Origin: an uncultured bacterium
GTDB lineage: Bacteria > Zixibacteria > MSB-5A5 > GN15 > FEB-12
Direction: 5' to 3'
Assembly: GCA_965372795.1 (NCBI GenBank)
Contig: CBDVDR010000003.1
Location: 64,001 to 128,000 of the forward strand
DNA: 64,000 nucleotides
The notes under the pieces are model-generated. The model had not been told where the DNA came from and made no database searches. It worked only from the letters and a program-made list of their open reading frames with translations. The number at the start of each line of letters is the position of its first letter. Position 1 is the first letter of the stretch. The translations under genes were made by a program, and so were the position numbers. Of the stretch, positions 18,593 through 26,762 are shown one piece after another.

Positions 18593-19048
18593 ATGACTAA
18601 AATAAGAATTGTTTTAATGATGATCTTTTTATCAATGCTTATCTCTTGCAGTAAAAAGCAAGTTGTTTTAAAGACAAAAATCGATAGATATCATTTTACT
18701 GTTATAAGGGAGCATATGCCTTTAACCGTTGATGATAATCTTTTTTTATTTGTATCGACAAATAATTATTATGATCTAGATATTATTAATCAGACTAAAT
18801 TTATTGAAGCAGAAATAGCAGATTCAATGTCAGTTATTAAATTAGATAATGATTCATTCAGGGTTTATTTGTATGTTTATGGGCATATGTGGGTAGAACC
18901 TAAAGAATCCTTAAAGATGTCTTTGGAGGAGTATGAGAAATCTTTACCATTGATACCAGTAGATTCGATAGATCTAAATCTTAGAACAAACCCCAAAACA
19001 ATTAAATGGAATTTTGAAGATACTTGGGAAAAAAGAAAGAAAATCTAA
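18593..19048 (+). CDS. Hypothetical lipoprotein
   Basis: Signal peptide with LISC lipobox; 151 aa. Confidence 0.6.
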   Translation: MTKIRIVLMMIFLSMLISCSKKQVVLKTKIDRYHFTVIREHMPLTVDDNLFLFVSTNNYYDLDIINQTKFIEAEIADSMSVIKLDNDSFRVYLYVYGHMWVEPKESLKMSLEEYEKSLPLIPVDSIDLNLRTNPKTIKWNFEDTWEKRKKI

Positions 19049-19112
19049 AATTACATTCCTTTCTCATAGGTTTGGTCAGAAGCCGTGTGCACCTGACAAT
19101 TCTAATTTTTAC

Positions 19113-19272
19113 TTTTTCTAACAATTTTCTAACAAACTACTTCGCTGAAGTTAACTCAACTTGATCCAACTTGACTCTACATAACATTCTGAAACTCATC
19201 GCATTACGCGTAATATGATGCAGTTCAAAAAGTTACAGAAAATACCGCATGGCGAATCCCTGCCTCTCTGCC
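19113..19272 (+). repeat. att-like island end, copy 2, ending in tRNA-Ser 3' fragment
   Basis: TTTTTCTAACAATTTTCTAACAAACTACTTC.CTGAAGTTAACTCAACTTGATC..., then CGAATCCCTGCCTCTC (19253-19268) + TGCCA. Confidence 0.85.
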
Positions 19273-19794
19273 ATTATAAATGGCTTGACCTGGCAGCATA
19301 ATTAAGATACAGTTTTTTTATGAGATATATCCAACTATGTTGGTTCGATATGTATCCCAAGTAGCCCGCATACTTCGAATGTTTGATATAAACTTTAATA
19401 TATATTCGAGATGATTTTTTGATGGCAGGATCACAGGGATCCTGCCCTACTTGAGCTAATTGAACTTATAAAGACATACCTGTAAAATCTACTCTGAAAT
19501 TATTAATTTCTTTTATGCAAAATGACAATAATGACACCTTTGTAACATAGGTTATATTGGTCGCATATAATATTTGGATAAGGTAGAGTTCTATTAAAAT
19601 AAAATAATATAGAATAAGTTTTGTCAGCCTCTGTTCTTTCATCGATGTCACACAAAATAATAACTAATGCAGGCAATGTTATAACGAAACAATTATTCAA
19701 AGTAGTATGAGTAAATACCCACAATTTGGTAATGAAAATATGACAAAATTATTAAAAAGTAAAAAGAGATAGCTAATTATCAGGAGGTATTGCT

Positions 19795-20283
19795 ATGGGT
19801 TGGTTCACAAAGATTTTTTCTGGAAGCGTTGGCACATTAGTTGAAAAAGTTGGGGGAGTGGTTGATGGTTTTCATCTAAGTGGAGAAGAAAAACAGAAAT
19901 TCAAAGTTGAGATGGAGGCTTTACTTCAAAAACGAGATTCTGAAATTGAAGAGACAATAAGAACGCAATTACAAGCAAAAGAAAGAATTCTGGTTGCTGA
20001 ATTAACTCAGGGTGACAGTTATACTAAACGTGCCCGTCCCACCGTTGTCTATGCCGGATTAGGCTTTATTTTCTATATTTATTGTTTAGTACCTGTTGTT
20101 GCGCAAATTTTTAATGCACAAATGCCTATGATGGAACTTCCCACCGCCTTTTGGGCAGGTTGGTCGGGAATTGTGGCAACCTGGAGTATAGGCCGAACCG
20201 TGGAAAAAAGAGGTGGCGGGAATCGAGTTACCAGAGCAATAACAGGCAGTCGTCTTTTTGATGATGATGCGCCCGAAGGATAA
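19795..20283 (+). CDS. Holin-like protein (3TM / gene-transfer-release holin family)
   Basis: N-terminal amphipathic helix, S.EEK, GDSYTKRARP, TM segments, GRTVEKR; AGGAGG RBS; directly upstream of an amidase. Confidence 0.75.
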   Translation: MGWFTKIFSGSVGTLVEKVGGVVDGFHLSGEEKQKFKVEMEALLQKRDSEIEETIRTQLQAKERILVAELTQGDSYTKRARPTVVYAGLGFIFYIYCLVPVVAQIFNAQMPMMELPTAFWAGWSGIVATWSIGRTVEKRGGGNRVTRAITGSRLFDDDAPEG

Positions 20284-20291
20284 ATTTTATT

Positions 20292-21119
20292 TTGATAATT
20301 AAAGATCATAAACTGGAAGGTGATAAAGTCACTTATCAAGGGTCGCCAAATTTTGGAGCCAAATTTGATAATAATGATCTGGATACAATAATAATTCATT
20401 ATACGGCAGGTTCATCGGCGGAGTCATCAGTTAGAACGTTATGTAACCCAGATTCAAAATCCTCGGCACATCTGGTAATAGGTCGGAACGGTTCAATATT
20501 TCAATTAGTACCCTTTGATACTATATCCTGGCACGCTGGCAAAAGTAGTTATTCCGGCCGTCATGGTTTCAATAAGTATTCTATTGGGATTGAAATAGAT
20601 AATGCCGGAAAATTATCACACAGCGGTGATAAGTATGTTTCCTGGTTTGGGAAGAATTATAAAGAAAATGAAGCCTTAAAAGCTATTCATAAAAATGAAA
20701 CAGAATCCGGTTATTGGCATATTTATAATGAAATCCAACTCAGCTTGGTTCAGGAAATTTGTTCGCTTCTTATAAGTAACTATGGAATTAAAAGTATTTT
20801 AGGTCATGATGAAGTCTCACCGGGGCGAAAAATAGATCCCGGTCCTGCCTTTCCAATTGATAAAATAAGAGAACATTTACTTTTTAGTGATCGCAGTAGT
20901 GATCGCCCGATTGAAGTCCCTATCAATAAAAACCAAGGAATAATTACAGCATCTAAATTGAATTGCAGATCAGAACCATATATTAGTTCCAAAATTGTTA
21001 GGGAACCTCTATCGAAAGGTGATATTGTTGAGATTCTTCATGAAAGTGATGGCTGGTATAAGATAGAATCCAAAATTTATGTCTGGGTAAAGAAGGATTA
21101 CGTCAAAACTATAAAATAG
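20292..21119 (+). CDS. N-acetylmuramoyl-L-alanine amidase (Amidase_2) with C-terminal SH3b
   Basis: IIIHYTA, SAHLVI, WHAG, SIGIEI, GHDEVSPGRKIDPG; SH3-like LNCRSEP...GWYKI. No signal peptide. Confidence 0.92.
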   Translation: MIIKDHKLEGDKVTYQGSPNFGAKFDNNDLDTIIIHYTAGSSAESSVRTLCNPDSKSSAHLVIGRNGSIFQLVPFDTISWHAGKSSYSGRHGFNKYSIGIEIDNAGKLSHSGDKYVSWFGKNYKENEALKAIHKNETESGYWHIYNEIQLSLVQEICSLLISNYGIKSILGHDEVSPGRKIDPGPAFPIDKIREHLLFSDRSSDRPIEVPINKNQGIITASKLNCRSEPYISSKIVREPLSKGDIVEILHESDGWYKIESKIYVWVKKDYVKTIK

Positions 21120-21487
21120 ATTAGTTTCGTCTAAATTGTAAAATCTAATCAAACAGGTTGTGTCTGGGAATCCCTCATTAAGATTGCAGGTGTTTACAAT
21201 TAATACAAATTCAAGAAAAATAAAGATGGCAGGATCACAACGATCTTGTCCAACTTGGAATGATCTTTAGATTAGTTAACAACAGGAAATGGGTTACTTA
21301 AAATTGATAAGGATCATTAATGGTGATGGGATAGATAGAAAGGGGCAGACGAGGTCGTCTGCCGCCCACGGAGATGGCAGGATCACAGGGATTCTGCCCA
21401 ACTTGGAATGATCTGTAAAGTCAATTATTACAAAAGATCACATCTTAAATTCAAATAACTTCATATAAAATTAGACTTCGTGATTCA

Positions 21488-21542
21488 GGAACGATTGTTC
21501 CCCGTTAGTTCATCGAAATCACAATATCTGAACGATAGTTCA
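21488..21542. promoter_or_regulatory. Two GAAC-N4-GTTC palindromes (candidate activator UAS or LexA-type boxes)
   Basis: GGAACGATTGTTCC at 21488-21501 and TGAACGATAGTTCA at 21529-21542, 41 bp apart. Confidence 0.55.
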
Positions 21543-21572
21543 TTTCCTGTTCATGTGTACCAACAACTTACC

Positions 21573-21589
21573 TTGGCACAGTTTCTGCA
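21573..21589 (+). promoter_or_regulatory. Sigma54 (-24/-12) promoter
   Basis: TTGGCACAGTTTCTGCA = TGGCAC...GG-N10-GC, upstream of an operon whose downstream neighbour is a GAFTGA activator. Confidence 0.75.
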
Positions 21590-21747
21590 TAGTTAACTGT
21601 AAATGTTAACACTAAACAAAATCAAATTATCACACAGGGAGGGTAAGGAATGGTAGAACTTTCGAAAGGGTGATTATTAAAATCGCCAATGAATGTAGGG
21701 AATAAATTTTTGAACAATAAAACAAACTAATGTGAAAGGATTTTATT

Positions 21748-22395
21748 ATGCATGATTTGGATCAGGTCTCATTGGAAATGGATGATTACGAAACAGAGTA
21801 TCTTGAAGATGATGCTGAAAATTTTGCTGATGAGTATGGTTTTGATGATGAGAGTCCCTTTGATGATGCAGAAGAGATGGAGTTAGCTTCTGAGTTGTTA
21901 TCTGTATCAAACGATGAAGAATTGGAATATTTCCTGGGTAGTCTCATCAAGCGAGTATATCGCGGTGTTAAGAAAGTTGCCAGAAGTCCAATTGTCAGAG
22001 CTATTGCAAAGGTAGCAAGACCGCTGGTCAAGAAAGCATTGCCATGGGCTGGCCGCGCAGTGGGAACCTATTTTGGTGGACCTGCCGGTGGTGCTCTTGG
22101 TGGAAGATTGGCATCGTTTGCAGCCTCTAAATTAGAAATTGATCTGACCGGACTTACTCAGGAAGAAGCAGAATTTGAAGTTGCCCGTAAGATGGTAAAA
22201 TTGATTGGTGCTGCGGCTAAGAAAGCTGCTACTATGCCTCAAACAGGATCACCCGCTGCGGTTGCATCTACTGCTATAAAATCAGCTGCTAAGAAAATCG
22301 CTCCCGGTTTAGTACAAAGTGCTCATAAAGCATTTGGATCAAGAAGCGGTCGCTGGGTTCGTCATGGACGTAAAATTATCATCCACGGAGCATAA
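21748..22395 (+). CDS. Hypothetical protein: acidic N-terminal leader + cationic amphipathic / glycine-zipper region
   Basis: Residues 1-61 have 26 D/E and no K/R. The next ~68 residues have 14 K/R, no D/E, and GGPAGGALGG. C-terminal SGRWVRHGRKIIIHGA. AAAGGA RBS. Confidence 0.85.
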   Translation: MHDLDQVSLEMDDYETEYLEDDAENFADEYGFDDESPFDDAEEMELASELLSVSNDEELEYFLGSLIKRVYRGVKKVARSPIVRAIAKVARPLVKKALPWAGRAVGTYFGGPAGGALGGRLASFAASKLEIDLTGLTQEEAEFEVARKMVKLIGAAAKKAATMPQTGSPAAVASTAIKSAAKKIAPGLVQSAHKAFGSRSGRWVRHGRKIIIHGA

Positions 22396-22406
22396 GGAAT
22401 TATCAA

Positions 22407-23756
22407 TTGATACGCAATTCTTCAAAATATCTCTTGGATCAAGAAGCTCACGCTCTTTTATCACGACTTGATAGTGTAAAGCCGTTTTCTATGCACATGC
22501 CGATGGTCATGGCGGCGGCTATATCTCCAGCGGCTATGTCGGCGATAGAAAACATGATTCAAGTTCAGGGTAAGCGATTGAGGACGATGATCAAATCTTT
22601 TATCATCTGGTTAAAATCATCAGAAGGTCAAAGATCATCTCCTCAAATAGCCCAAAAGAAATTCACACTGTTGAGATTACGCTTTGGCATTATCTTGTCG
22701 CAGTTTGATATCTTTGCGGAAGCTGTTACCCAGCGAAGTGAACATGAGTATGGAGTGAGTTTATCGGCTTTGGATGTTCTTGCCGAGGATGCTTTGAAGA
22801 TTGACGGGTTCAGTTTTGATGAACCACCGATGATTTGTTATTTGGATCGTGGTTTGGGTGCGGCAATTCGCCGCGCCCAGACTAAGTTACCGGGTGGCAC
22901 TAAAAATCCGGTTTCTATTATCCGTGTTCCGCGTGAAAGAATGATCGGATCTGCTGTTGCCAGTTCGATTGTTCATGAAGTTGGCCATCAAGCGGCAGCA
23001 ATATTGGATCTTGTACCGGCTGTTAAGAAAACTTTTTCTAAAATGGTGGCACAGGATAAACAACATGCTGATATATGGTCAGTTTATCAACGATGGACTT
23101 CAGAAATGCTTGCCGATTTTTGGAGTGTGGGAAAAGTAGGCATTACCGGTTGTTTGGGCATTATGTCTGTTGTCAGTCTGCCCCGACCATTGGTATTCCA
23201 TTTTTCCGAACGTGACGTACATCCAACCCCCTGGTTAAGAGTCAAGCTTAGCTGTGCAATGGGTAATCTATTATACCCTCATCCTCAATGGATGAAATTA
23301 GCCGGTATGTGGGAAGAATTGTTTCCATTGGATGGACTTGATTCAAAAGTACGTCTCAAAATTGAACGGTTACAACGCTTTATTCCTCAAGTTGTATCTT
23401 TGATTGGGAGCCATAAATGTAATAAATTAAATGGGAAACAATTAAAAGAAATAATGCCTGTCGAGTCCCGACAACCAGATCAGTTACTTTCCAGATTTTC
23501 AAAATGGAAAGGACAGACGCAACTGATGAACGAAGATCCTCCGACCTTAACATTTGCTGTAATTGGGCAGGCGAAATTCAACAGACTATTAAACCCGATG
23601 GATGAAAGTCCTCTTTTAGACAGCATTTTTAAGTACTGGGCGTTGAAAAGGGCAATCAATACCGGGCGAAAATGTACTATGGGAGACTTACAGACGAAAA
23701 AAATGAATAATCGTGAGTATATGTTATCTAGAAAGGAGATTAACTATGCCAATTGA
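22407..23756 (+). CDS. Hypothetical protein with HExxH zincin-like motif
   Basis: IVHEVGHQ followed by SEMLADFW (possible third Glu ligand), and HPTPWLRV. Confidence 0.75.
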   Translation: MIRNSSKYLLDQEAHALLSRLDSVKPFSMHMPMVMAAAISPAAMSAIENMIQVQGKRLRTMIKSFIIWLKSSEGQRSSPQIAQKKFTLLRLRFGIILSQFDIFAEAVTQRSEHEYGVSLSALDVLAEDALKIDGFSFDEPPMICYLDRGLGAAIRRAQTKLPGGTKNPVSIIRVPRERMIGSAVASSIVHEVGHQAAAILDLVPAVKKTFSKMVAQDKQHADIWSVYQRWTSEMLADFWSVGKVGITGCLGIMSVVSLPRPLVFHFSERDVHPTPWLRVKLSCAMGNLLYPHPQWMKLAGMWEELFPLDGLDSKVRLKIERLQRFIPQVVSLIGSHKCNKLNGKQLKEIMPVESRQPDQLLSRFSKWKGQTQLMNEDPPTLTFAVIGQAKFNRLLNPMDESPLLDSIFKYWALKRAINTGRKCTMGDLQTKKMNNREYMLSRKEINYAN

Positions 23757-25638
23757 ACTTATTTACTCGTCAGGACCATTTTTTGAAGAGGAGATCTTTG
23801 AGATTGTGATCTCAGGTCATGAAAGTGGGAATGAGTATAATATAATCGTTGAAGGACCTTCAAAAAGTTTAAAATGGGAATGGACTCAGAATTCCGGGAG
23901 ATTTGATTGGCCCAGGATTGATAGTTCCGGAAATAATACCCAGGATTTAATTGGCACTCAAATCCCAATTGCAACTTTTAAGTCAAATTATGGTGCTTAT
24001 GCACCTGCGGGTTCTTATCAGGTTACAGTCCAATTAATAGATAAAAAGGCAAGAAATAAAGCGTCTAAAATTATTGAAACTATTGTAAGCGACTTTCAGA
24101 TTCAGATTCAATTGCCACCCACGAATGTTCAACCTCCGGCACAGGCGAATGCAGCAATTGATGCCATGCAAAATATTAATTCTACATTAGAAAAGGCTGG
24201 AAGTACACGTTTGCTTCCTCCGGGGCATGAAGTCACTGAGAATTTAGCCCTATGGGGGGTGATTAAAGGATCGGTTATTGAATTTGATAAACTTGAGAAA
24301 AAGCTGCTTGAAGTAATGTGTAATGAACAAATAAATGATCATGAAAATGATCATGATAAAATTCCCGAAAAAATTACTTCAAAACGCCAGTCGTTAAAAG
24401 ATATTAATTTAGCTAAAAATTTAAGCAATAATAAAGATCGAACCAATAAAGATATTTATTGGGATGCGAATTCTTATGAAACATTAAAAAATCAAACCGA
24501 TATTTTTCTGCTTGAAGAAGTTGGTTCCGAATGGGATGTTAAAAAAATAGCTGAAGTAATTCAAAAGAAGCTCAAGAAATATATTGACCATCCATCAGTC
24601 ATTTCGGAATCAAAAATCCAGGAATGGATTGAAAATTATAAGTGTGAAAACCTTGATTGCTATGTATTTCCATATCTTTGTGACATCAAAGAAGTCAAAG
24701 ATATGCCTGAGCCGGATGAATCAAACTGTAAGGGGGTTTTACAACAAAGAATGTGTCATCCCTTATTAGTTGAGCTAATCTGGTGTTATTGGCATGAAGA
24801 ATCAATGCTTTCTCAGGCAATGAAAGCAATCAACTTGCGTTTTCAAAATAAACGTATGAAAAAGGGTCCTGATGCGCTTAGTGCTCTGAATACAAATCCT
24901 TTAAGAAAGTTAAGCAATCTTCTCTGGGGTCATATTCAAGAAGAACAAAAACGCTTAACAGTAAAAAGGAGAGCATACGAGTATGACCATCATTATGGTA
25001 TAACATTGCATGGTGATGCGGTTGGAACATTTATGCCGGCCGATAGTCGTACCAGATTTCTTGAATCATTTCATCGCTTACTTCATCTTTGTACTAACTT
25101 TTACAAAGAATTTGATGATATGACAATTCAGGCTGACGGATTTCCAATTAAAAGCGCCTTGCGTGAAGTTCACATGAATCTCGCCGAAGGTGCTCATAAT
25201 CAATATGGTGATATGCCCTGGATTGCAAAAAGAGAAATGCTAATTGAACAATTTATACTTTCCCGTCCGGAAATGAGAGAATTTTTGGGTGGCAGAGTGA
25301 TGGTTCCTTATAAAGAAGGATGGATGGAAGCAGTTGACACTATGAAACGTTTACAGGGGTGGACTGATACCAGTGTCGAACAATTTGCCTCACTGGGACG
25401 CCTTGGTGAACAAATTATACTTTCAATTCGATATGGAAACTGGAATGCAGAAGGAATTAATGCTGATCATGCTTACCAATGGGCAGCCTTTTGGAGAGAT
25501 GAAATTCAGGATTATATCCACTCTTACCGGTCTGTGTCAGGTGTTGATTTAACTGAACCAAGTCAGGTGGATGGAACTCAACCATCGGTCCATCTAAAAA
25601 CCAGATTAGATGCCCAACAAAAGAAAGTTGCCGGTTAA
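23746..25638 (+). CDS. Hypothetical protein (variable N-terminus, W/H/Y-rich C-terminal domain)
   Basis: Long ORF; ATG 23746 follows AAAGGAG. C-terminal ~290 aa contain ELIWCYWHEE, RRAYEYDHHYG, EGAHNQYGD. Confidence 0.8.
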   Translation: MPIELIYSSGPFFEEEIFEIVISGHESGNEYNIIVEGPSKSLKWEWTQNSGRFDWPRIDSSGNNTQDLIGTQIPIATFKSNYGAYAPAGSYQVTVQLIDKKARNKASKIIETIVSDFQIQIQLPPTNVQPPAQANAAIDAMQNINSTLEKAGSTRLLPPGHEVTENLALWGVIKGSVIEFDKLEKKLLEVMCNEQINDHENDHDKIPEKITSKRQSLKDINLAKNLSNNKDRTNKDIYWDANSYETLKNQTDIFLLEEVGSEWDVKKIAEVIQKKLKKYIDHPSVISESKIQEWIENYKCENLDCYVFPYLCDIKEVKDMPEPDESNCKGVLQQRMCHPLLVELIWCYWHEESMLSQAMKAINLRFQNKRMKKGPDALSALNTNPLRKLSNLLWGHIQEEQKRLTVKRRAYEYDHHYGITLHGDAVGTFMPADSRTRFLESFHRLLHLCTNFYKEFDDMTIQADGFPIKSALREVHMNLAEGAHNQYGDMPWIAKREMLIEQFILSRPEMREFLGGRVMVPYKEGWMEAVDTMKRLQGWTDTSVEQFASLGRLGEQIILSIRYGNWNAEGINADHAYQWAAFWRDEIQDYIHSYRSVSGVDLTEPSQVDGTQPSVHLKTRLDAQQKKVAG

Positions 25639-25655
25639 AAGGAATAAGAAAATAG

Positions 25656-26762
25656 ATGCTGGATTTTACTTCGGCTCTTTATCTGGGAATGAAGCACCCG
25701 AGCTGGTCTCTGCCATCATGGGACCAGCTTACTTTGGGTGTTCCGGGAATTCTTTATGAGCCGCCAATTGTAACCAAATTATCTGGTGAACTATCAAGAC
25801 TAATTGGTTGTAGATGCGCAACTTTTGCACCCTCAACCTTACATCTCTTTTGGGATTTGTTTAACTCGCTCCGAGCCTACAATGTAAAAATATTTTATGA
25901 TTCCGGAATTTACAATATTGCACGGTGGGGAATAGAGCGGGCTGAATATAAAGGTATTAAAGCCTTTCAATTTTCGCATCATGATCTGTTCTCTCTGCGA
26001 CTATTGCTTCAGGAACAAATTAGTGGAAGGTGCAAGCCGATAATAGTTTGTGATGGTGTTTGTCCGACCTGCGGAGATTATGCTCCCCTTAATGATTATT
26101 ATGAAATCATTCGGGATTTTGGAGGACAATTGATAATTGATGATACCCAGGCATTGGGAATTTTGGGGAAATCTCCTTCGGGAAGTAATCCTTTTGGACA
26201 CGGAGGGGGTGGCAGTTTGCAATATCATAATATCGGAGGACCGGAAATTGTTGTAATCGGATCTTTGGCAAAAGGTTTTGGTGTACCGGCGGCTGTGATG
26301 GCATCAGGAAAAAAAATGATGAAAAATTTTAAAAATAAAAGTAAAACCAATATTAGCTGCAGTCCGGCATCATTGGCGGATTACAGCGCAATTTCACGAG
26401 CCTTGATATTGAATAAAAATTGCGGTGAAAAACTCAGAACAAAACTTTTAAGAAATATCATCTTCTTCAATACTATTATAAATAAAAATTCAAACCTGTC
26501 TGATAATATATTTCCAATTCAATCCATCAATTTTCAAAATAATAACATGGCTTATGATACGTTTTTACAACTTAAGCAATCAGGAATAACAACTGTTTTG
26601 AGTGAAAATGAATTTAAAAATCCCTGTATCAAATTATTAATTACATCATCGCATACTCAAAAAGAGTTATATAAAACAGCTTCAATAATAAATAAAATTA
26701 TGAATCGAAATTCTTACCATTTTCAAAGTAGCGGAGGGTTGTATGGCAGTGTGTCGATGTAA
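25656..26762 (+). CDS. PLP-dependent alpha-oxoamine synthase family (BioF/KBL/SPT-like), divergent
   Basis: LDFTSALYLG, FSHHD, IIDDTQALG (canonical DEAH), GSLAKGFG (PLP-binding lysine). Confidence 0.8.
   Translation: MLDFTSALYLGMKHPSWSLPSWDQLTLGVPGILYEPPIVTKLSGELSRLIGCRCATFAPSTLHLFWDLFNSLRAYNVKIFYDSGIYNIARWGIERAEYKGIKAFQFSHHDLFSLRLLLQEQISGRCKPIIVCDGVCPTCGDYAPLNDYYEIIRDFGGQLIIDDTQALGILGKSPSGSNPFGHGGGGSLQYHNIGGPEIVVIGSLAKGFGVPAAVMASGKKMMKNFKNKSKTNISCSPASLADYSAISRALILNKNCGEKLRTKLLRNIIFFNTIINKNSNLSDNIFPIQSINFQNNNMAYDTFLQLKQSGITTVLSENEFKNPCIKLLITSSHTQKELYKTASIINKIMNRNSYHFQSSGGLYGSVSM

Noticed and set aside
15079..19373. CRISPR array from the ~30 bp GTTCGATATGTATCCCAAGTAGCCCGC repeats
   Set aside because: Spacing is irregular (about 90 bp to 1.9 kb), whole genes lie between copies, and there are no cas genes.
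14847..21415. Classical integron / attC array
   Set aside because: No intI, and I could not find consistent RYYYAAC...GTTRRRY bounded palindromes after each gene.
25656..26762. Assigning gene symbol bioF
   Set aside because: The DEAH motif is altered, the N-terminus is shortened and there is no biotin gene context.
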